Positions 54,151-64,000 of a DNA stretch of 64,000 bases are shown here, piece by piece; positions within the stretch are counted from its first letter, which is position 1; each line of letters starts with the position of its first letter. A program made the position numbers and the translations under genes. The stretch is from Balanoglossus misakiensis. Its lineage: Eukaryota > Animalia > Hemichordata. The stretch spans positions 11,106,017 through 11,170,016 of the forward strand of contig CM082592.2 of assembly GCA_040954595.2 (NCBI GenBank), in the 5' to 3' direction. The notes beneath the pieces were generated by a model. That model did no database searches. It was given only the letters and a program-made list of their open reading frames with translations, and was not told the DNA's origin.

Positions 54151-57100
54151 TCAAGCGCTCAGCATTCCCCTGTTAACACCATGCAACAATCCATCTCTCA
54201 CATAAGTGCCATCTGCATTGGGTGCGTTTTCCAGACCTCGGAGAAATCTTTCCAGCTTTTCAACACAAGCTTCCTGGTAATCATGAATCCATCTGGGAAT
54301 AAAGGAAAGAGAAATGGGATTCATTTATTTTTATTACATATATTAATAATGCTGGATCACAAACAGCATAACTACCAGTAAATGAAATGTTTTTTTCCCA
54401 AGATTTTGTCTGGAAAAGAAGTGCCTCTCTATATCAGACGGTATAAATTACTGTACAAAGGGAAGCGTTTAATGAAACTGCTACTCACTTGACACCGTTG
54501 AAGAATAAAACCTGTCTCATATCCTCTGGCAAGTCATCTGCTGCAGGCCATTTGAAATCCCAAGTGACAGGAACTATGTTACACTTCGTCTCGATGGCTG
54601 CCACAATCTCCTGAGTTGATACAAACAGAAAAGAAATCATGGTTTCTGATATGATTTCAAAAATAAACAGAAGCAACATAACAGTCATCAGACGTGACTT
54701 CCTTGCTATGTTATCAGTCGTGCAAAGAACGAGTTCTTTTGAGGTGGTCACAAAAACTGCAAACAGTTTTGTTCGCAAAAAAATAAATGACTTGAATTCT
54801 ACATACCCTGTGAACCCAATCTTTATGGTTGGTATCATTAATGCACCTATCCAAAGCATTTGGAGACAAGACGAGAACAAAATTCTTGGCATTCTTCACA
54901 CTGTTGAGGAGATTGTTGTCAAATTTACCGGCTTCTAACTTCTCCACATCGATGAAGACCCTGAATCCTCGTAGTTGCAAGTGTACTTTAAGCAAACTGC
55001 AGGAAAGGATCAGAGAGAGAATTGAATGAGTGAGTCATGATTTCAGTTACAAGTGTGACTGGCAGGTGAAGTCCCAGGCCATTTCGATTCACTAATGTCT
55101 GTTTTTCCAACACATCTTGACGCCATCACATGAGAATATATCTAAATTTATATCTCACTTCAATGAAGAATTGAACAGATGTAGACACTTTGTATCTACA
55201 TCCAGAATTATTTATTAACACCGAACAGAATACATGTAAGTCACCCACCTTGCTAATTGTGAACCAGTAGATCTTCTGTAACTGATAAATACATCTATGA
55301 TTTTATTTGGACTGTCTAATTGAGTGTTACTGGCATTTCTACTCAATGATTTTGTGGGACTGTCAAATAATCTGTCATAGGGTTCAACTAAGAAAATAAA
55401 CAGACAAATATTAGAATATTGATTAGAAAACCACACAAAAATCCAACAATTTTCAACAAATTGACAGGGAAAATGAACCAGACTTAGAGTCTAAATTCTC
55501 CACTGTAATTGTTGCTAGGTAACATAATCATTGCATCTTTCCTCCCAAATGCCAACATCCTCACCATCAATCTTACTTTCCACCCTATACACAATACATC
55601 AGAAACTCCTAGACATGTTACATCAATATGGATCACACCTCAAGCCAATGTCTACAAACTCAATTAACTGTATAAATAGTCCAAGGCATTCAACCACTGC
55701 AGAACAATTTCCTGCCCACAATATCTACCCACCTGGTTTAGCAGCATTTAATATTTTTGTTCTGTGGACACCGTTGTAGACATTTGCATCTGCCACTAAA
55801 TGTTCCTCTGTGACCTGACCTAGCATTTCCATGTCAATCCCACAATGCACCAGGTTGTAGGTGTACTGATTCAAGTCTTTACTGATCGATTTGAGCCAGG
55901 CGGACATTTCCTTGTAGTCCGACCAGTTGGCGTTGGATTTCAGCCGGCTTAGTTCTCTCAGAAACCTGCAAATCAACATGACAACAACAAAGATTGTTAA
56001 CAAGGAAGATACATTTAAAAAAAATTCTCATTGCACCGTGAAGTGAACCTCACAGTTGGGATTTTGCAAGCATAGTGGTTAAAATAGAAAAATTTGAACA
56101 ATTGGCACCAACATTACTGTCTTAAATCCTACTGTTTATAACTAACTGCAGTTGGAAAAATAACCATTTATTATCAAATACAATGGGTATAGTCACAGCA
56201 TGAATAATTCTGTTTGAGAGATGTGAACTGTGATGGTATTTCCCATACATGGACTGTACAGAGCAATGTTTGCCTTGAAGAAAAAAAGTTGAGTGACCGA
56301 ATTCTTGGCACATTTTCAAAGTGTTGGCGTCACTTCTTAGAAGAAGTATTTTCCAGTGACAGAGTTATACATATACCCTTTTGAATCATGGTTTAAGTCT
56401 TGGCCATCTACACAGAATCCTACAGCTAGCTGGGGGGCAAGGGCCGAGGTCAGAACGTGACACGCTCGGATTTTATTGGATAATAATTCATGACTTTGCT
56501 GCTCCATGGAGCATCACAGTTGGTTTATCTCCTTGGTCGGGTCAACACCAGATCAACTCTTCCTGCAGTTCAACATTTGTCTCTTTCAACCATTCTTGAA
56601 CAGTTGAATAAATCAAACATTTTCATCACTTTATTATTCTGATATCATATAGACTTCACTAGAAGGTAGCTTGCATAAATACTAGAAACCTGATTTCTTG
56701 AAACAATTGGAAGTCTTCAAAATCTTGTTATTCTACTTTTTTCATACATGGAATTTAAAATTTGATGAACACGCTATTTTTACACTCACAAGCTATACGA
56801 TCAGTTTTCTCGGTAATCTATCTGGCCAAGCCCTACTGCCTTTCAGTCCAACAGGTTATCGTAGAACATAATCACTGTAACTGGAAACCCCTCATGGTTC
56901 ATCATGGGGTTGAATTTGTATTTTTAGAAGCAGCAAATTGCAAACATTTAAACATTTGTATGTAATCGAATAGTGGCCATTAATGTATTTGCTTGTTATT
57001 AATCACCTATTGCAGTAATCTATGTCGTCGTTCTATCGTAAAATGTTTCCGTATTTCGATAGAATGCAGAATCCAACATGGCTGATTCATGTGTCTGGAT

Positions 57101-60100
57101 GTCTATAATGTCGGTGTATAAAGGGCATATCTTTTTTGTTTCAATCATTTGCATTTAGACAAATCAAAATTTACATATTCATATTAAAATGGATGACCTC
57201 CAATGCTTAAACCTACAATTGATCAATCATCACGTTTTCATTATTAGCTTATGGCCTTGTGAAGAATTAAATATTTAATATTCAGCTTCATTCTGTTCTA
57301 GGGTATATATCCTTGAATGAAAGCTACTTTTTCATTCAGGAGGATGTGATTACACTTCTCTTCCTCCCCTGTTGCCTTAGTAACCTTGATGTTGCCTAGG
57401 AAACTCATTAACTTGGTCCACGGACCAGTCAAAGCATCAGGAATGATGGAAATTTCGACCAATTTTTCAAATAACAATGAACATCTCATCATAATTAGCT
57501 ATTGGTAATAATTAATTTATATTCTCCTGTTCTATTCCTGATCACTGGAGGAGAAAATACCTTCTCTAATTGTTTGACTCGTCGTCATGAAACTGCTATT
57601 TTTCAATGACATCATGAAACAAATATTGAATCATCAAGACACTATAGCAGGCTTTTCCGTTTTCTCTCATCATCAAATATTTCCACGCTGACGTGCGTGG
57701 CGATGACGAGTTGAATTCCTCTTTCACAAATGCAAAATGCTGACAAAGACTCCGTCACTTTGGAATGAATGTAATGATGAAGTACAAATTGATGAGTTGC
57801 AATGATAGGATTGCAACAAAGATGTCACCTTTCGCCTTTGACCTATAAGAGGTGATATATATTCAAACTGACCTACATGGTGCCGTTAGGTTTTTTGAAG
57901 TAAAGAAATATATTTGCAAGCCAAGCCAATGTAATTATACATGATAAGTCTGTTATTAATTTAATACTCATATCTGTAAACCAGCATTTTTCTTACATCA
58001 TTCAAGTCTGCACAAGTCCATTGAGAGCTCATTACAGAGCATTCAGTAGTAATCAGTCGCAGCTCAGAACGTCAAGAGAGATTTTGGCTCAGACGGCCAA
58101 GAGAGATTTTACGGCAAAGAAAATCAAATTACCAACCTCCTTCTCAAGAGTTTACTCATCATACCAATGTCGTTTGACAGCTCCTCCTCAGAAATGGTTA
58201 GCAACAAATCCCCATCCACGCGGTGCTCAGTGAAGCTGTCGATGTAAGCCTCAAATCCGATTCCCTTCAGCCAGATCCCCACATGCCTGGTCTCCCAATT
58301 GTGGATGTTCTGACCGAGTTTCTCTGGAACATATTCACCGATGATGGTGAGGGCTTGGATGGCTAGTCTAGATGCTAGGTTGTTGTTGCTGCTTGCCAGG
58401 AATTGTAACGGTTCAATCGCACCAATGTCATATAATTCCTTCATGGAGGCAAAAATCAAATAGCATCATCAGAACATGAAATAATTACAGAAGATACAAC
58501 ACCATTTCATCTCTCTGTATTAAACATATCTGTTTTGATTTTTAATTTTATGTTTCATTACCAGTCAATGTCTATTTTTCTGAATGACTTTATTTCTATT
58601 TTTCATTACTCACTGCCACTCAGCTGAGGGTTACAAATTCCTGATAGATATGTCTCTGAATTAAAAATAGAAATATCAGATTTCAAAAACAAGGCCACTG
58701 TAGAATATGATATCACCTTGAATTATAATTGAAATATGTTAATGCATTGGGTGATTTACACACTTCTATTTTATTTGCCATAGCATCAATTTTTAACAAG
58801 GCTGTTTGGAAAGCAAAATTACCTAATTAAAGTGTGACCATGGAAAAATTATATTTTGGGCGACAGCTACAGTAGTATGTCTAATAATATTTTGCAAATA
58901 TATGGGTTAATTAACAAGTTCAAGATTAAACTGTATGTAAACAGTTAGGACATGTATATTCTGTGCAAGGATACTGTCATATTTACATACAATGCAATTT
59001 TACTTTGAAAATAATGATTAAGTATGTGAAATCCACAGTACTGGTAAACGACTTAATTTTTCACCCAAAACTATTATTTTTACTGTACACAAGGTGTCCC
59101 AGAGTATATTTTCTGGGCTGGATAAACGACTACCATTAATTCAATTCAGCCTCGGATTCAGATAGTGGATTTGGCAGCTGAATCTCAATTAGTCTGAAAT
59201 GGATTCAGTATTGGTGTGAGATGGGAACTGTAAACTGACGATAAATTAGAAAGCGTCTCCATCTCATGGGTCAATGATGATGGATGAGTTTTTTGGCATT
59301 TCTTTATCCTAGGGTTTGATGGGTTTGATGAGTGATTGATATGAGCAGGTTCATTAAGACTCTACCACCAAGGCTTTGTTTAATTTGCTGAAAGCACTGA
59401 ATTTTCTGCTCCTTAATTATATGCGATCATTACATGTATGCATTATTTTGAACGAAAAGTCAAATGTAAAGTGGAGTGGTTGAAGGTCAAAGGGTGGTTC
59501 TTTCTTTTGTAAAGCTTTTAAGACTTCTCTTACACTGGTTATTATCAGTGTTATCAAATATTACATCAATTAGCATTAGGCAGAATTGCTTTGTGAATCA
59601 ATAAGTCATGCTTTTTTATATTCAAAATGATGTAATGCAGGTCACAGGCCTATACTGACAAAATATCTCTGTGATTTACGCAATGAATGCCTTAATCATG
59701 AGATGATATCTCATGACTTAAATTTCTCCAAGGACGAAGCACAATCCAGCTGTTCGAATGAATAAATTTATGCGGGCACATGTAAACTTTCAAGGTTTGC
59801 TGCCGGAAATTGAGGCATAAATTTGTAAGTACCAGCAGATATAACATATGAAATTATCGCTCAAGCCAATTGCAAGATGTACCTTGAAATAGCAAGAGCA
59901 AGTATTGTAGGCCCTCTGAGATAGGGATCATTGCATCTACTTATTCTATTCAGCTTCGTTCATTCGATGTCCTCAATTTAACCTTTCACCTCTATTCCCT
60001 GGTCTGAAGGCCAGACTACTAACTTTCACAACTGCTTTTTTATCAAAGTGATATAATAACTGGGTTTGGCTGATTTGCTTAGTACATGGGCGTACCATCA

Positions 60101-63100
60101 CGTCCACACTTTATAGTACCACTATTGTACGCTTTCTACTTTCTAGGGTAGTTGTAATATACACCTGCAGCTTTAGGCACAAATTTTAAGGTAAAATTTT
60201 GGCTTGGAACAGAGACAGAAAATAAGGCTGATAATACAGTAATTCAGGATATTATTGAAAGCTTTAGTATGTCTTTTATGCTTTCACCAAATTGTAGTGA
60301 ATTGCAATGGAACTGACGTGAGGTCAGGTGATGCATTATTTACAGACCAATCAAAGAAGGCGTTCTAAATTCATTCTGATTACAATCTCTTTCTCTCGAT
60401 CGCCTGCACTCCAAATGGATTGCGAGAACACACTGCATAGTAATGTATGTGCTCACACAGCAGTAGTTTGGTGATAATGCTGTTATCTGATTTTTAAAGG
60501 GTGACATTCTAGGCCAGAGACTAAAATTACACACCTTTGGAGAGTTCTATAATGGAGACATGCAGCGATGTGCGGTAAATGTCATGGAACGCATGGTCTG
60601 GGACACTGCTCAGACGCAATTCTGGCGCTGCAACTTAGAAAGATCTGGAATAAACTCATTCATATGTTCCAAATGATGTGCGATATGTCAATATTTTGTT
60701 TTAAAATGACAGTGATAATAAGAGCAAATTGGTTATTATAGGACTGGAGTGCCATGACTGCTTGAGGGAATTGATCGGACACAAAACAGATTACCTCATC
60801 CTGGTACTAAGATTATGAAATCCTTCAAGAGACCTTTGTATTTCTGCAGAGAGGCATAAACTGATTTTTTAGGGATTTCAGTAATTTGGCAAGGGTTTCA
60901 AAGTTGTTCTGAGGGTGGATTATTTCATCAACGGTTTATATGTTCCTCTGAGAGTGCAAAATGAACACTGTATATTTCTATTTTAGACACAAGATTGTAT
61001 CTGTCATATTATAAAGTAGTGTGGCACTTTGCACTGTTAGCATCACAGGCAAATAAATTTCTCAATATTGAATTTGAGGTGAAAAGGTTTGATCGGCCTC
61101 CCACAAGGATTTGAAACAGAAAATATTGCTTTTCTCTGAGAGGAACCTCCTTAAAAAATTGACTTCTGACTTCAGAGGATTCAGTTTCATCACTGATAAT
61201 TTTTCATTTGTAATGTACCATGGCCGTCTGAATTTGGAGCGATTAAACGTACAACGCAACGATCTGAATCGATTACGTTCACTTGACACGTCTGTGACAC
61301 AAAAAACGTCTGGAAAAAAAATGCCACGCGGGTTTACGTACACAAAGCATTGAATAATTTATACAGCTTGCAGGCTGTGTCGAGCATATAGAGTTGAGGC
61401 ACCATTTGGTTAGGTTTCCATAAAAGCAAAATGTAATTGTTACTAATTTCATAGTCAATTTAATAATGGCAATTTAATGATAAATTTACCAGAAATATCA
61501 AAAACGATTCATTTGGGTTTTTCTAATAATGTATCAAATATACATAATTTTCACACCAACATGAAATAAATTGTAGCTGTCAAGTTCTATGATCATAGTG
61601 CACAATTTCAGGGGAAATGAAACGTGGTTATTTTAGATTTCCAGATACATTTCAAGGCAGATTGATTTCTGACCTCAATGTTTGCTTTATAAAGAGATGC
61701 TATTGATATTAATATTCAGTGGACAAAGTTGAGATGTATCTGGATCAAGACATCAATCCATGTTGAATTTATCATCTGTGATGTTCTGAAACGTTCACAG
61801 GAACATCAAAATGGCCATCGGCAGTTTTAATACCTTCTTCGTATGCACCTCACGCAACAGACAGAGTAAATGTCACTGTTCTAAATACTGGCAAGCACTC
61901 AGTAGCAATACTGAAGCTAAATGTGTGTGTGAAAATCACTACAGATCTCTGTATTAATTATGAAAATTTAGAAGGAGTCACTAACCAGAGCAGAGATAGG
62001 ATATCTTTCACCACTTAAGAACTTGGAGCTTATACCATCAAAATGACCGTCAAAGGGCTAATGAGACTGTCGATGGAAAGGTAAAATTGATTTTTTTTCT
62101 AGACGAGAAGTTCAGTAACCTCAATTTACTGGTACCTGCCTATCTCTCTCAATCATAAAAATAATGGATCAATGCTGAAACATTAAAGAATCTTGGCTGT
62201 CTAACTAGAAACCTTAATGGGTTTACAAACAAAGATCAATTAAAGATAGCAGAGACTATCTGACTTCCTATTATGTAAACAAATATTGTAATTGATTAGT
62301 GACATGGCCATATCTTCAGCCTTCTACTTCTAGGTGTTTCCATTTCCTTGACAATAAGGACACCTCCAGAAATAATCTGATTTTTTCACTCCCATTTGAC
62401 ATTGGAAATTCAATTGTCCTGTTTTTGTCTTTGCTTTAATACAGACTATATTGATCTGATCATAAGTCTGGGGTACCCCTAAAACCACTAGGCCACAATG
62501 ACTCCTAGTTCTAACCTCAAGTAAACCCTGCTTGCATTTTCAGAGACAAGTGCTATAAAATGATGCCTTGCATGGGTTAATAATGGTCAGCTACTAGCTT
62601 GTCAAAACTACCCTACCATGTAATTTTCATTTAGTGGAGCATTAGAAAATGTCCTAATTAGACCAAATGATTGGCCAATTTGGAGATTCGTGGACAATTT
62701 ATCATGATCAAAATACGCTACAAAGCTTCCCATTCAGGCCTGCCATTATGGTAACTAACCTATGTCTTTTTAGAAGGTGATAGGGTCAGTTAAGCAAACA
62801 ACTTGTACTGATGTCAGTTTTTTACTAAATGACTACCGTAATAAACTAAGGACCATTCTTATTCTTTGAAACTCCAGTTACTTGACAAGTCATCGATGGC
62901 TTTTTTTTAAATCACACTTTCTCAAGTTAGGAATGCCTTGCTTCATTTCCTACATTCTTACACTTAGCACTCATTGTCTGGTTATGTGGTTGTGGTCCAT
63001 TGTCGGTGACATCACCAGCGTGGAGTGAATGACCATGTTTTATATTAGTCTACACACAATCCTGTCTGGGAAGACCAAACCTTTTACTGTCAACTCTCAA

Positions 63101-64000
63101 ATCACCCATCTTGCAGCCTCAATCACCCCCCCCCCCCCCCAATATGCATGAATTTTTCAATTTTACATCTCAAGTTTCTTTCTTTAAAAAAAAAGATTAA
63201 TTGACACCTCTGGTCTTGAATTCTTTCGTTAGATTAGAAATAGTTCTGAAAATAGATTGGTGTAACAGTATTAAGTTAGGTGCTACTATAAAAGAAAGCT
63301 AAACAATTGTGTGTTTTGAGTATTTAAGTATGTATGTACCCTACTTGATGAAAGACTGTATTGTTGGTTAGTTTGTCTAGATTTATTTTTACCTGTATTT
63401 TCCCCTGTCCCTTCTTTATGCCTGCTTCCATAGCAAAGTGGAAAGCAGCCAAGCTTTGGGCTTCTTTCCGTTCACATGTCAACAGGGGCACCAGTCTCTT
63501 CAGCCAATCTTCAGTTCGTCCCTGGGCATGGTCTCTATTGCTCTTTGCAAATTCGGCCGGATCATGAGAGTTGATGAAGGGTTCAATTAAATCCAGCGTT
63601 CCCGAGCTGACAACCGCTTTTTGCACATCTTTATTGGCAGCGAGGAGAGCAATCGCGAGACATGCATAGTATTTAATGTTGTCGTCTTTGCTGAAAGCGA
63701 GTGGGAATAACCATTCTGGGGCATGGTGCTCTATCATTCTCTGTTGGTTCACAGGACCACCATACATAGCACAATTGGCCAAAGCAGAGGCACAGTGTCT
63801 CAGCACTGTGTTATCACTTAGTCTACAAGAGTACAGAACAGCTTGCAAACCACCAAGATCTATAACTTTGGAGCAAGTATCCTCATTGTGTTTGAACATA
63901 CTTTCCAAGATTCCTGTTCCAATTTGCATCAGTAATAATTCCTGGCGAGAACATGCTAGCCGAACAACAGATTCAAGGCCTACTCTGGCAACGTGATCAC
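54151..64000 (-). CDS. SARM1: SARM1 NAD+ hydrolase (ARM-SAM-SAM-TIR), 5' end beyond the window
   Basis: Exons >64000-63393 (ARM: GILESMFKH...EWLFPLAF...SGTLDLIEP...EAGIK), 58438-58137 (SAM1: VDGDLLL), 55965-55733 (SAM2), 55387-55249 ([15 protein letters not shown]), 54996-54807 ([25 protein letters not shown]...DWVHR), 54610-54489 (EIVAA...NIVPV) and 54292-54151 ([17 protein letters not shown]...*). Confidence 0.96.
63126..63140. repeat. C15 homopolymer (G15 on the SARM1 sense strand) in a SARM1 intron
   Basis: A run of 15 C is directly visible. Confidence 0.9.

Noticed and set aside
59696-59717. Short inverted repeat tcatgagat-gat-atctcatga
   Set aside because: Arms of 9 bp can arise by chance in 64 kb of AT-rich DNA, and there is no target-site duplication or second copy.

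Overview
This is a gene-dense, intron-rich, AT-rich eukaryotic region. Protein similarity and intron style suggest an invertebrate bilaterian, most likely a non-vertebrate deuterostome (inference only). I could assemble nine spliced genes by hand from GT-AG boundaries: GLTP (+, 5' end outside the window), ELOB (-), ABCB9/TAPL (+), an ADAD-type pseudo-deaminase (-), citron kinase CIT (-), BICDL1/BICDR (+), ABHD11 (-), RAB35 (+) and SARM1 (-, 5' end outside the window). The most striking signals are invisible in the ORF track. (1) GLTP has a tandemly duplicated 131-nt exon that must be spliced mutually exclusively and that rebuilds part of the sugar-headgroup site. (2) RAB35 has two homologous alternative last exons giving different C-terminal tails and prenylation motifs (CC versus CxxCx). 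(3) BICDL1 has a candidate 39-nt regulated cassette exon. (4) The ADAD keeps all three Zn ligands but has lost the catalytic Glu. (5) The CIT promoter has a canonical CCAAT-CDE-CHR arrangement. (6) Gene content recapitulates human 12q24 microsynteny. No prokaryote-type system, CRISPR array, RNA gene or recognisable transposon was found.
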